A stretch of DNA of 64,000 nt from a virus: positions 82,511 through 146,510 of IMG/VR virus record IMGVR_UViG_3300020469_000011, one strand, 5' to 3'. This document shows, piece by piece, positions 1 to 9,848 of the stretch. A program made the translations under genes and the position numbers. The notes below the pieces were generated by a model, which was given only the letters and a program-made list of their open reading frames with translations, was not told the origin of the DNA and ran no database searches. The number at the start of each line of letters is the position of its first letter. The stretch's first letter is position 1.

Positions 1-36
1 TCTTTTCTGTAGTTTAGAAGCATCTCTTGTTGACAT
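1..36 (-). CDS. Partial CDS running off the window start (MSTRDASKLQKR...), probably the next baseplate gene
   Basis: ATG at 36 on the minus strand with AGGA upstream; open to the window edge; position downstream of the gp5 module. Confidence 0.45.
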   Translation of the reverse strand, partial: MSTRDASKLQKR

Positions 37-50
37 AAAAAATAATCCTA

Positions 51-524
51 TTATGTAAATGGTCCAATAATTGTAGCGCCTGCTGCTTTTGGATCAGAAA
101 CTGTTATCTGTATTGCTCTACAAGTTTTATCAATTGCAGTTGCCAATCCTATCGCAAATATGTCTGAACTAGGATTAGGAACTCGGCAAATTTTTAAAAT
201 GTCAGGTAACATCAATCCTTTTGGAAATACTACTGGTCCAATCTGACCCGCAGTTTGTATTGTTGCTAGACCAGATTCAATTGCTGTAGTTAAATTACTA
301 GCAAAAACACTTGATTCAAAATTAAAAACATTTCTAAAAACACCTAATAGTTGAGCAGTTGGTGGAATCCATCCTGTAAAAGGTCCAGGTATTATATTTA
401 ACCCTGTAGACAAATAAAGTTGAATTCCTTGTATAATTTCTGGTACTATAATAGAAGATTCAGGATTAAACTTTCTAAAACTACTTGTAAAACTAGATAT
501 CAATGTTGTTGGTTGAAGAGCCAT
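51..524 (-). CDS. Hypothetical three-repeat protein downstream of gp5; candidate spike-tip protein
   Basis: 157 aa; three internal repeats (N.ESS..F/I...L/I..AI...I.GP); directly follows gp5. Confidence 0.6.
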   Translation of the reverse strand: MALQPTTLISSFTSSFRKFNPESSIIVPEIIQGIQLYLSTGLNIIPGPFTGWIPPTAQLLGVFRNVFNFESSVFASNLTTAIESGLATIQTAGQIGPVVFPKGLMLPDILKICRVPNPSSDIFAIGLATAIDKTCRAIQITVSDPKAAGATIIGPFT

Positions 525-532
525 AATATAAT

Positions 533-2626
533 TTAAAATACAAAAGTTTTTTTACAATAAGCATTTGCAATTGCATTTGATATAGTAGGGTCCGCTAAAT
601 TTACAGGTGACGTTGGTCCTACTGCTGTTAAATGTGTGTGCATATTAAATGCTTGCATGAACGAACTACCTTTTATTGCTGGTTCAACAGCACTTCTATC
701 TCCTAAACGAACAGCAGTATCACTATGTACCATAGTTTCAAGTTTAGAACTAGTAGATATGAATGATTTTGCTCTTGCAAAAATTTCTTGATCTGATAGT
801 ATATAAGTACCAATTCTGGAGCGAGTGACTATTCCTTGTCCAGATTCTATATGTGTATTTAATCTAGATTTGGTAGATATATTTGTAGCAGTAGAAACTA
901 CATCAACTGATCCACCTTTAACATTTACACTTCCTAATTGTGTTGTAACTAACTTTACAGAATTTTTAGCAGTTGTTTCTAATACAATATTTCCTCTTGA
1001 AGACCTAAAATAAATATAGCCTGTTTGAGTTTGTCCAATTATACTAGCCGGATGTGATTGATGCCTTTCAAATTCTGGTGCATATTGAAATTGAGCAGTA
1101 GTTGCAATGGAAGTGGGGTTAGCAGAAGTAACAGTAAATGATGCTAAATCTGATACTCTAAACGGACCTGGTAATCCATCAAAAGATCTGGCTGAAATTC
1201 TAGTGTCTCCATCTTGAGCATTTAATTCAATGTGACCGTGTTTAGCTTTAACTTCAACTCCTAGTGGGTGAGGAGCATACATTGTTGGCATTGTAAAATC
1301 ATTCTCAGCAATCATAGATATCTGATGATTTGAGCCAATTGTAAAGTTATCGCCGGCATGAAAATTAGTTTCCATTGCCGAACTGATTTTAGAACTACCA
1401 GTAGATAATTCGTATAGTCCTGCTACTTTACCTATATGAGAATTTCTTACTACATAATTGTGAGTACCTACTACTGTATCTAGAAGTTGAGTATCTTGCA
1501 ATATTTCATTTGAAGCCACATATCTTAATGAAGACGCATTGAAAGTAGTTCTTCCTGTGGGAGTTTTTATATTAAAATTACCACCTTCAACAGTCAGATT
1601 ATAATCACTTGTACCACATACCCTAACAGTATAATGTTCTGCAGCTAAATTTGCAGCATTAATCATAAGTGCATAACCTTGATTATAAGTAGAATATTTT
1701 CTACCTTTGGTATATTCATAGCTATGATGTTCTGTTAGATCGTATCTCTCATTTACTGTTTTTTGTACTAGTTTACCATCAGGATGTATTTCTCTAAATG
1801 TACCTGAACGATGATATTCATGTATTCTTTCTCCTCTTGGTGTATCATCATATTCTATTATATGACCAGATTCAGTTTCCCATACGTGATTAAAGGGATA
1901 CATTGCAGAATATGGAGACGTAGGCTGATTAAATTTTATTCCTTCTAAAGAAGTTTTCACACCTCTATTTTCTAATTTTATTTTAGAAAGTAATGGTTCT
2001 TTATAAACTCTGGGTGATGTTTCCATTGTAGAGCAAGTTGAAATATCTTTATTAAATGCTATACTAAGGTCAAGCATACCTCTTGCAAGTTTAGGAGTTG
2101 TTGCCTTTCCTTCTCCTTCTATTCTTGGATATCGTTCTACATATTCATCATTATCTATTTCTACACCCAAAGCATTATCCATTCTTTTTCTTACTTGTGT
2201 AGGAGGATTCGGAAATCCTCTACTACTTAACATACTGTCAGGTCTAACATCTTTAAAACCATAAAGATTATAATCTTCAGAATCCTCAAAATTTAATTTA
2301 TCTGGTTTATTAGCATATCCACCAATAGAACCCATTATTAAAGGTTGTTGCGCTTCATCACCATCTAAAAAAATACCAATAACCCAAGAACCTTCAACTA
2401 GTCCTGTTGGACTTTTTCCAACATCTGTCTGTGCTGCTGAAGTTGTGGGTTGCATTACCATTGCCCAAGGAAGGTCTTCTGTTGGTATGTCTATGGTACT
2501 TGCAGTGTGATAACCAAAACATCTTACTTTAACTCTACCTAGAAAATTTGGGTCCATACGATCTTCTACTACACCTACGAACCATACTAAATTTTTTCCA
2601 AAATTAATATTGTTTAAATCAAACAT
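533..2626 (-). CDS. gp5: Baseplate hub/central spike gp5-like protein without a lysozyme domain
   Basis: N-terminal OB motif WFVGVVEDRMDP..LGRVKVRCFGYH...LPWA; YPFNHVWETESGHIIEYDDTP.GERIH.YHRSGTF.EIHPDG; C-terminal HTH..GPTSP. Confidence 0.92.
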   Translation of the reverse strand: MFDLNNINFGKNLVWFVGVVEDRMDPNFLGRVKVRCFGYHTASTIDIPTEDLPWAMVMQPTTSAAQTDVGKSPTGLVEGSWVIGIFLDGDEAQQPLIMGSIGGYANKPDKLNFEDSEDYNLYGFKDVRPDSMLSSRGFPNPPTQVRKRMDNALGVEIDNDEYVERYPRIEGEGKATTPKLARGMLDLSIAFNKDISTCSTMETSPRVYKEPLLSKIKLENRGVKTSLEGIKFNQPTSPYSAMYPFNHVWETESGHIIEYDDTPRGERIHEYHRSGTFREIHPDGKLVQKTVNERYDLTEHHSYEYTKGRKYSTYNQGYALMINAANLAAEHYTVRVCGTSDYNLTVEGGNFNIKTPTGRTTFNASSLRYVASNEILQDTQLLDTVVGTHNYVVRNSHIGKVAGLYELSTGSSKISSAMETNFHAGDNFTIGSNHQISMIAENDFTMPTMYAPHPLGVEVKAKHGHIELNAQDGDTRISARSFDGLPGPFRVSDLASFTVTSANPTSIATTAQFQYAPEFERHQSHPASIIGQTQTGYIYFRSSRGNIVLETTAKNSVKLVTTQLGSVNVKGGSVDVVSTATNISTKSRLNTHIESGQGIVTRSRIGTYILSDQEIFARAKSFISTSSKLETMVHSDTAVRLGDRSAVEPAIKGSSFMQAFNMHTHLTAVGPTSPVNLADPTISNAIANAYCKKTFVF

Positions 2627-4167
2627 TATTCACCACCCGTAAAAAGTTGAAGTCTTTGTTTTCTTTTTTCCTCATTAACAATTTTCTGTATTTCTGCTGA
2701 AAGTAAAGAAGTATCTGCCAATTCTCTATCTGCTTCCAAGACTATATCTTCTGATTCTGTCTTTACTGATATATCTGTTTGCTTAAATTCTTTATCTGTT
2801 CTATAGCCTTCTGATATTGTATCAGTAATCATTTCTATTAACAGTTTGTATTTTTCAGACTTGTCTATAGAATGATGAATTCTTGTAACTAGATATTTTC
2901 CAGTTAAATAGATATCTTCTTTATCTTCTTCTCCTTCTGGCACATAAAAATAAACTATATCACCTACATTAATATTGCCTGAACTGTCTCCTGGCATTTC
3001 AATTTGAATAACTAAAGAATCTATTTGAGACTGTATGCTCATTCGTCTTTGATACATTTCAGGACGATGCTCTGAAAAATTCTGAGATTCATAATCGCCT
3101 GACTGAAATAAAACAACTTCATTTACAGTTAAAGGTTTTTCTCCTACTGAACTATTGTGTAAAAAATCTGTATAATCTGTTGATAATAAAGATTTTCCAT
3201 CATTAACATGATACTGTTTTTTTGCATCTTCTTGATAATAATATCTTTTATTTTTTACATTTCTTTTTTCTAAATCTATGAAATCTACGTTAGAAGAATA
3301 CATTCCTCTTGACATATTTTTAAAAATATCAAAACGATTTACAATTTTATAATCATATATAATATTCCATATAGTCAGTTTGTTTTTTGTTAATATATCT
3401 TTGGGAATATATACTAAGGTTTTTACTCTATTATCATCTCTTTTTCTTTTAAAAATATCTTCTAAACTGACAAAACGAAAACGATTTATATCTTGAAAGA
3501 AAAAGAATAATGAACCTGTTTTAGAAACAGACCTTTTACATAATTTATTAATTGTTCTAAAGGGAGTTAAACTTGGTACAACATATTTTTCAACGTGACC
3601 TGATTCAGTTTCTATTGTAAAATAATTAACACTAGCATTTTTTTCTTTTATAATATACTCATTAGTTTCTTTTATACTTACTGTGCTTTCATCAACTAGA
3701 TTCAAATAATTTTTACATATATCAGAAACCATTGCTGATAAAGAACCTCTATGATAAGACCTTGATATTTTTTGTTTTTCGTTTACTATAGCAACATCAG
3801 ATGTTAAAAATAAAGTATATAAATTGGTATTTGTGTTTACTCTTTCTATTTCTGAAATTCCTGTTACTCTCATTCTTACCAAAATAGCTATTTTAGTATT
3901 CATTGAACGAAAACATATCTGAACATATTCTTCACCAATAATAGGAACTTCTGATAATAAATTAGTAGAATCCAATATACCTACTTTTCCACTCAAACAA
4001 TTTGAGTAAATATCCTCATAGATACTAAAATTAGTGTAAACAAGATCTAAGATATATTGTTTTTTAGAAGGTGCAGATCTTTCTAACCATAAACTAATAA
4101 GTTCATAGTCTCCTATTTCACTTGGAAAAAAGTCTGTTTTTACAGTTCTATCAAAAATAGTTCTCAT
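2626..4167 (-). CDS. Baseplate hub protein, gp27-like
   Basis: FSIYEDI...LSG...I.DS; FFFFQD..RFRFVSLE; LTGKYLVTRIHH; lies between gp53 and gp5. Confidence 0.7.
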   Translation of the reverse strand: MRTIFDRTVKTDFFPSEIGDYELISLWLERSAPSKKQYILDLVYTNFSIYEDIYSNCLSGKVGILDSTNLLSEVPIIGEEYVQICFRSMNTKIAILVRMRVTGISEIERVNTNTNLYTLFLTSDVAIVNEKQKISRSYHRGSLSAMVSDICKNYLNLVDESTVSIKETNEYIIKEKNASVNYFTIETESGHVEKYVVPSLTPFRTINKLCKRSVSKTGSLFFFFQDINRFRFVSLEDIFKRKRDDNRVKTLVYIPKDILTKNKLTIWNIIYDYKIVNRFDIFKNMSRGMYSSNVDFIDLEKRNVKNKRYYYQEDAKKQYHVNDGKSLLSTDYTDFLHNSSVGEKPLTVNEVVLFQSGDYESQNFSEHRPEMYQRRMSIQSQIDSLVIQIEMPGDSSGNINVGDIVYFYVPEGEEDKEDIYLTGKYLVTRIHHSIDKSEKYKLLIEMITDTISEGYRTDKEFKQTDISVKTESEDIVLEADRELADTSLLSAEIQKIVNEEKRKQRLQLFTGGE

Positions 4168-4670
4168 GAATTTATTATCACTGGTAAATCAGATTGAATT
4201 ACGTTTATAATTGAAGGGTCAAAAACTCTAATTGTTTTCTTAGCTTCGTTTTCTTTTACAATTTTATCAAAAGCTGTCAAAGTTTTTGTTATACCCAAAG
4301 ATGTTTTTCCAACTTCATACCCGTTAGCATCATAGTAAGCAACAATTTCTCTGTTTGCTTTTTCTATAGAACCATATTTTTTAGTTATAAATTTATCTAA
4401 ATTTATTTGTGAAAGAACCCAATCTTGATAAACACTGTAAACATCATTTAACAAAAGTATTGTCCATGTATAATCATAAGTATCATACAATTCAAAAGAG
4501 ATTTCTTCTGGTCTTTTTTCGTTTTCAATTTCATAATTAATAATAACTAAAGAGTCTTGATTTTTTTTAACATAATCTAATAATTTAACTCTAACTGAAA
4601 TGTCAACCATATTAACTGATTGACCATCTATCGCATAACGTGTTTTTGGAAATTCTTGAAAAAAATACAT
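4164..4670 (-). CDS. gp53: Baseplate wedge subunit gp53
   Basis: YFFQEFP..Y; RPEEISFELY....Y.WTILLLND....DW (LysM-like gp53 signature). Confidence 0.85.
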   Translation of the reverse strand: MYFFQEFPKTRYAIDGQSVNMVDISVRVKLLDYVKKNQDSLVIINYEIENEKRPEEISFELYDTYDYTWTILLLNDVYSVYQDWVLSQINLDKFITKKYGSIEKANREIVAYYDANGYEVGKTSLGITKTLTAFDKIVKENEAKKTIRVFDPSIINVIQSDLPVIINS

Positions 4671-4686
4671 TTAATTTTATAGATTG

Positions 4687-5604
4687 TTAATTAGTAGAAA
4701 TATTGTGTACTCTGTCTACATCACCTCTTGTAAACACTTTAGTTTCTTGTAATGTTAATCCTATAGAAGTAGAAACATAAAATTTTTCACCGTCTTCTTC
4801 AAAGAATGTCATTTCATTTTGGTCTGTAACATCGTTATGAGATACATCCACTTTTGTTATTACAGAAGGTAATAACTTAAATTTATTAAAAGGTTTATTA
4901 TCAACATATATTTCTAACAACATGTTACTAGGATATTTATAATGATTATTATAATTTACAGTAGCTTTTTTACCTGGATCAGTAGTAGATGGAAGAGCAT
5001 TTTTTAAAAACACCTTTTCCATTTTTTTAATATTTTTAGCTTCTTCTTTATTTTTAGGATATAAATTCCAAGTAAAAATAAAAAATCTATAATTTTGCGA
5101 ATCTCCCTGATAAAAAACTCTAGTATGTGGATTATACGCTACACCTTCAGCAAAAGCACCTGCTCTAATTGGAGCAGCATCTGTTCTTAACACTGCTGAA
5201 GTAACAAAAGCTTTTGCTACTTCAGTACCTTTGCTCTTATTTACTGTTTCTTGAAGTGTTTTTTTAATACCACCAGTAGTCTGGCCAAACTCTCTCACAT
5301 TAGCATATATGACGTTTCCTAATACACCTATATCTTCCGGACTATAACTTGCACTAATAGTTTCATACATTAATCTTGGAGGTATAGGTAGATATAAAAT
5401 AGGATATATTATTTCTTGTATTTTATTTAAAATTCTAGAATTTGCACTAGCTCTATGTTTGACAAATGTTATCTTTACATAATTCTTTTGATATGTTTCT
5501 CCAGTTTTTCCTATTCTTACACTAGATGCAATTTCTTGTGAAGCCGACTCAGTGTTTGTGACAAAAAGATCATTGGGATATTTAATAAATTTTTCTTCAG
5601 CCAT
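4687..5604 (-). CDS. Baseplate tail-tube cap/initiator (gp48/gp54 family)
   Basis: LYLPIP; YNP....FYQG....R.F.FTWNLYPKN.EEA..I..M.K.F; LTLQETKV.TR.D; start moved to the ATG at 5604 (MAEEKF), overlapping the upstream stop. Confidence 0.75.
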   Translation of the reverse strand: MAEEKFIKYPNDLFVTNTESASQEIASSVRIGKTGETYQKNYVKITFVKHRASANSRILNKIQEIIYPILYLPIPPRLMYETISASYSPEDIGVLGNVIYANVREFGQTTGGIKKTLQETVNKSKGTEVAKAFVTSAVLRTDAAPIRAGAFAEGVAYNPHTRVFYQGDSQNYRFFIFTWNLYPKNKEEAKNIKKMEKVFLKNALPSTTDPGKKATVNYNNHYKYPSNMLLEIYVDNKPFNKFKLLPSVITKVDVSHNDVTDQNEMTFFEEDGEKFYVSTSIGLTLQETKVFTRGDVDRVHNISTN

Positions 5605-6622
5605 TGTGTGCCTGTAAATTTTCTGCATCGTCTGCAGTGTATATTTTTGTTTCCATTATGATAAGATTTATTTCATATGTTTGATGGTAATATCCTTTTT
5701 CACCTTTTATAAATGATTCAACATCACCGCTTGACCCATAAAAAGTATTCAAATCTCTTACTACAAATGTATATGGAAAATTCATAAAGTATCCAATTTT
5801 ATCTTTTCCTTCTTCTATTTCAGAATTTCCTTTTATTCTTTCACAAATAGTTAATTTAATTTCATTTGGTATTTTAAATACTGAGCTAAACCATTGACCC
5901 TGATTATCTTCAAAAAAAGTTTTATCAGTATATTTTTCTGTAACATCACCAAATATAGTGTTAGCAAAACCTAAATAATTAGTAGTGGCATTAAATGCTC
6001 TTAAAGACTCTCTTCCTGCAGTATTAAGTACTGAGAAACTAGTATCCGATAGACTAGGTAATGATGATTTCTGTATTGCTTTTATTATTTTTTCTAGTTC
6101 TATAGCATCTTCTTCATTTTTAGGAGTTATCTTCCAATCTAAAGTAAATTCTCTTACCCTACTCACACCATCAAATAATAAAGTAAAATTCGGTGCTCTT
6201 GTTAGACCTAATCCTTGAGCACCTAACTTAAAGAATTTATTATCTGTCATCATGATTTCTTTTGACAAATAAGTATCAAAAGCGTTGTATGCAGTTGTTG
6301 CTAAAGAACCAAGAGTATCCAAAGTAGAAGGTCCTGATGAACCAGAAGGACCTTCTGATGCTAAATTTTTTTTTCCACTCAAAACATTACTTAGCGCATT
6401 TCTTACACCTTCATACTTATCTTTAACAAGTTCTCCAATAACCCCGAGTTCTCTCTGAGAATAATCTAATTGAAAATCTTCCCTTAATAATCCTTTTGGC
6501 AATGGCAAATAAATAGTAGAAACAGATTTTTCTTTATCAACGGAAGATTCTATGATCTCTATTTTAAGAAAAAATCTCTGAAAATTCTCTACATTTTTTG
6601 GAAAAAATATTTCTTCTGACAC
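5597..6622 (-). CDS. gp48: Baseplate tail-tube cap (gp48 family)
   Basis: IYLPLP; PN..LLFDGV...REF..DWKITPKNEEDA....KII; GTG start; divergent from gp4 as in T4-like phages. Confidence 0.72.
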   Translation of the reverse strand: MSEEIFFPKNVENFQRFFLKIEIIESSVDKEKSVSTIYLPLPKGLLREDFQLDYSQRELGVIGELVKDKYEGVRNALSNVLSGKKNLASEGPSGSSGPSTLDTLGSLATTAYNAFDTYLSKEIMMTDNKFFKLGAQGLGLTRAPNFTLLFDGVSRVREFTLDWKITPKNEEDAIELEKIIKAIQKSSLPSLSDTSFSVLNTAGRESLRAFNATTNYLGFANTIFGDVTEKYTDKTFFEDNQGQWFSSVFKIPNEIKLTICERIKGNSEIEEGKDKIGYFMNFPYTFVVRDLNTFYGSSGDVESFIKGEKGYYHQTYEINLIIMETKIYTADDAENLQAHNG

Positions 6623-6633
6623 TCTATATACCT

Positions 6634-7071
6634 ATGAGAAAAAGCCGAAATTACAGACAGGGTAGATTTAAACCTAAGAATATAGCAAAATATAAAGGAA
6701 ACTCCGGTAATGTTATTTATCGTAGTTCTTGGGAAAAAAGAATAATGGCCTTCTTTGATGAATCCGCAAATGTAAAATGGTGGAACTCTGAAGGCTTAAT
6801 AGTTCCATACTTTAATCCTATTGATAAAAAGATGCATTCTTATTTTCCAGATTTTGTTTTCATGAATAAAAATAACAAAGTATACATGATAGAAGTAAAG
6901 CCTTACAAAGAAACATTACCACCTGTAAAGAAAGGTAGAAACTATAGGTCAGCAGCAATTACTTATGTTATCAATCAATCAAAATGGAAACAAGCAATTG
7001 AATTTTGTGAAAAGCAAAATTGGCAATTTGTAGTTTGGACAGAAAAAGAAATGAAAAAAATGGGAATCTAG
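6634..7071 (+). CDS. gp4: Head completion nuclease gp4 (TnsA-like)
   Basis: G.FKPKN..KYKG....VIYRSSWE; YFPDF; IEVKPYKET.PP; NQSKWKQA; WTEKE; ATG at 6634 preferred. Confidence 0.92.
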   Translation: MRKSRNYRQGRFKPKNIAKYKGNSGNVIYRSSWEKRIMAFFDESANVKWWNSEGLIVPYFNPIDKKMHSYFPDFVFMNKNNKVYMIEVKPYKETLPPVKKGRNYRSAAITYVINQSKWKQAIEFCEKQNWQFVVWTEKEMKKMGI

Positions 7072-7093
7072 TGAAGAAAACTTAATATAATAC

Positions 7094-7122
7094 TTGACTT
7101 TTACTTAATTCTGTGTTACAAT
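7094..7122 (+). promoter_or_regulatory. sigma70-type early promoter
   Basis: TTGACT-17nt-TACAAT with extended -10 TG. Confidence 0.75.
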
Positions 7123-7156
7123 AGGTTTTATTAATAAATCTGTAACATGGAGTGAT

Positions 7157-9022
7157 ATGGAAAACTTTGAAATAAAAAGATATATTTCTGAACTTGACTC
7201 ATCTGTATTTTTTTGTCACAATCATTACACATCACTAATTGATTCCCCAACAGGTTCCGGTAAAACAGAATTGATTTTTGAAAGATCTTTAGATACTCCT
7301 AAAATTATAATTGCCTTTCCTTATACATCTCAAGTTATACAACAACAAAAATTACATATTGACTATCAGTGTTTATATGATGATAATCAATATGATGATT
7401 CCAAATCAAATAAAATAATTTGTACTTATGATAAGTTAGTAACTTTAATTAATCACGATCTAGATCTAAATGAATACGAATTGCATCTAGATGAATGTCA
7501 CAATTTATATGTCTCTTCCAACTATAGAGATCGTATAATGTATTATATTTCGCTTTCTATCAGAAATCGTAACTATAAAAAAGTGTTTTTGTATTCAAGT
7601 ACCTATGACACAAAATATCTTAATAACTATTTAATTATTGATAAACATTTTAAGATAACATGCAAAGATAAGAATAAAGACGATATTACTTGTATCCACT
7701 TAGATAATAGTAGTAAAGTTACAATGAATGAATCTATACTTTATCATTTTCAATATAATGTTATGAACAATGAAAAGGTTTTGATTTATCGTAACAACAA
7801 AAGTGAGAATATTTCTCTAGGTAAATCATTAGAAGATATCGGATTTGATGTTTTAGTTGTAGATAGTGATAGTAAAAATGAAGAAGAAATCATTGACCTT
7901 CTGAGAAATCAAGAGATATCAAATAAAACAAATGTACTAATTACAACATCAATACTAACTGAAGGTATAAACTTATTGAATAAAAATATAACTCAGATTC
8001 ATTATATTGATAAAAGTAAGAGCGCATCAACTATTAGGCAATTTACAAGTAGAGCAAGAAATCGAAAACATAAAACATTTGTGTGGTATAAAAAAGAAGA
8101 AAATTTTAATATAAAGAAAAATATATTTGAAGAGTGGTATGATTTTAATGAGAATGCAAAATCTCTAGAACAGAACTATAACTATATTGTACAAACAACT
8201 GAAAGTAAACTAAGAAACAAACACATCAATCATATATTAAAAGCATCTACTTTTTATGATAGGAGTTGGAGACAATTTGGATATCGCAATGTAAACAGCA
8301 GTATTAAAATAGATTACACAAGAATAGCGAATTACTTTTATGAATTAGATGTTAGCAATCAAAGTCATAATTCTTACATACTTGGTGAGGAATTAGAGAA
8401 GCATAACTTTGATGTTCATTATATGAATTATGAAATATTAATTGATAAGAACGATCAACTTAATTCCAAAATGAATTCAAGAACAGTTAAAGAAGAAAGA
8501 AAGGCAGATAAGATTCTTATATTACAAAATTATATAGATGAAAATACAAATGTAAAGAAAAGATTAATTGAGTTGTTGAGAAAGAAAAATAAAGATTCTT
8601 TAGAAAATCGTGAAATAAAAATAGCAAGAGAATGGATACAACTTGAAAAAAATAATGTTAGTAAACAAGATATACTTGAAATTATTAAGAATAATAATAG
8701 TCATAAAGCTAAATATAGGTTATCTTTAAAATATCAAATGCAAAACGATTTACTTTATAATGAACTTGTCAATCTTGTTGAGGTTAATAAAAGGTATGGT
8801 GTAGAAGAACGTAGTGATTTACTACTACAAGCGGATAAAAATATTTTATCCAAACACAAGATTGACCTAAATATAAAAAAGATGTCTGACGGTAGCGTAC
8901 ATGGTAAAACAAGTAAAGGAATCTTCTCAAATTTATTTAACTTAAATACTCATGTATATAATGGTAAACACACAATTTCTATAAAAGATTTAGATCCTCT
9001 ATTCTTTCAAACAACCAATTAA
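7157..9022 (+). CDS. Superfamily 2 helicase (origin-binding-protein-like)
   Basis: Walker A SPTGSGKT, Walker B LDECH, motif III SST, TEGIN, motif VI QFTSRAR. Confidence 0.8.
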   Translation: MENFEIKRYISELDSSVFFCHNHYTSLIDSPTGSGKTELIFERSLDTPKIIIAFPYTSQVIQQQKLHIDYQCLYDDNQYDDSKSNKIICTYDKLVTLINHDLDLNEYELHLDECHNLYVSSNYRDRIMYYISLSIRNRNYKKVFLYSSTYDTKYLNNYLIIDKHFKITCKDKNKDDITCIHLDNSSKVTMNESILYHFQYNVMNNEKVLIYRNNKSENISLGKSLEDIGFDVLVVDSDSKNEEEIIDLLRNQEISNKTNVLITTSILTEGINLLNKNITQIHYIDKSKSASTIRQFTSRARNRKHKTFVWYKKEENFNIKKNIFEEWYDFNENAKSLEQNYNYIVQTTESKLRNKHINHILKASTFYDRSWRQFGYRNVNSSIKIDYTRIANYFYELDVSNQSHNSYILGEELEKHNFDVHYMNYEILIDKNDQLNSKMNSRTVKEERKADKILILQNYIDENTNVKKRLIELLRKKNKDSLENREIKIAREWIQLEKNNVSKQDILEIIKNNNSHKAKYRLSLKYQMQNDLLYNELVNLVEVNKRYGVEERSDLLLQADKNILSKHKIDLNIKKMSDGSVHGKTSKGIFSNLFNLNTHVYNGKHTISIKDLDPLFFQTTN

Positions 9023-9028
9023 TAAAAT

Positions 9029-9562
9029 ATGAATCTAAACGAAGCTTTTGATTTTCATAAAAACAATAACGTACCTTATTGTTTTACTTTATTTCAACCA
9101 TACTCTTCTAGTTTTTATCACTTCTATGCTGAAGCAAGAACAAAAGAGTTTTGGCATATTGATGATAAAGAAATATTTGAAACTACTAATTTAGGTGAAT
9201 TTGATCATTATGAAGATAATTATGTTCCATTAGATTTGCCTATTCTTTGTGAATCAAGCACAGAGTATCAAGGAAAAAAAGTTGAATTGAATAAACCAAA
9301 AAGAGGTGGTTCCAAGAAATATTATGTTTACACTAGAAATCCAGATACAAAAAAAGTAGTGAAAGTTTCTTTTGGTGCTGAAGGTGGAGGTCAAAATCTT
9401 AGAGTTAAGATTAATGATCCAGATGCTAGAAGAAATTTTGCTTCAAGACATGACTGTAAAAATAAAAAGGATAAGACTAAAGCTGGATACTGGTCTTGTA
9501 GATTACCAAGGTATGCTTCTATGCTAGGCTTAGATGTTAAAAACCCAAACTCATTTTGGTAA
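9029..9562 (+). CDS. Conserved phage protein, probably head-internal
   Basis: KKYYVYTRNP..KKVVKVSFG; RRNFASRH.C..K.DKTKAGYWSC; LNE and LCE protease-like sites. Confidence 0.6.
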   Translation: MNLNEAFDFHKNNNVPYCFTLFQPYSSSFYHFYAEARTKEFWHIDDKEIFETTNLGEFDHYEDNYVPLDLPILCESSTEYQGKKVELNKPKRGGSKKYYVYTRNPDTKKVVKVSFGAEGGGQNLRVKINDPDARRNFASRHDCKNKKDKTKAGYWSCRLPRYASMLGLDVKNPNSFW

Positions 9563-9577
9563 AAAAATAAATATGTT

Positions 9578-9844
9578 ATGAAACATTATGAACAAATTGA
9601 TAACATAAGAACTATACATAATGATATAGAACACTTTGTTTGGCACAGAGATAAATACGATAGAGAAATTAATATTATCTCTGGTGAAAATTGGTTTTTA
9701 CAAATAGAACATGAATTGCCTAAAAGAATGAATGTTAGTCAGTGTATGTTTATTAAAAAAGAAGTCTGGCATCGTATCTTTTGTACGAGTGAAGACTTAG
9801 ACAATGACTTGGTTATTGTCATTAAAGAACTTATAAAAGAATAG
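9578..9844 (+). CDS. Small cupin-like protein
   Basis: VWHRD...REI....G..W and WHRI cupin-like His motifs. Confidence 0.55.
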   Translation: MKHYEQIDNIRTIHNDIEHFVWHRDKYDREINIISGENWFLQIEHELPKRMNVSQCMFIKKEVWHRIFCTSEDLDNDLVIVIKELIKE

Positions 9845-9848
9845 AAAA

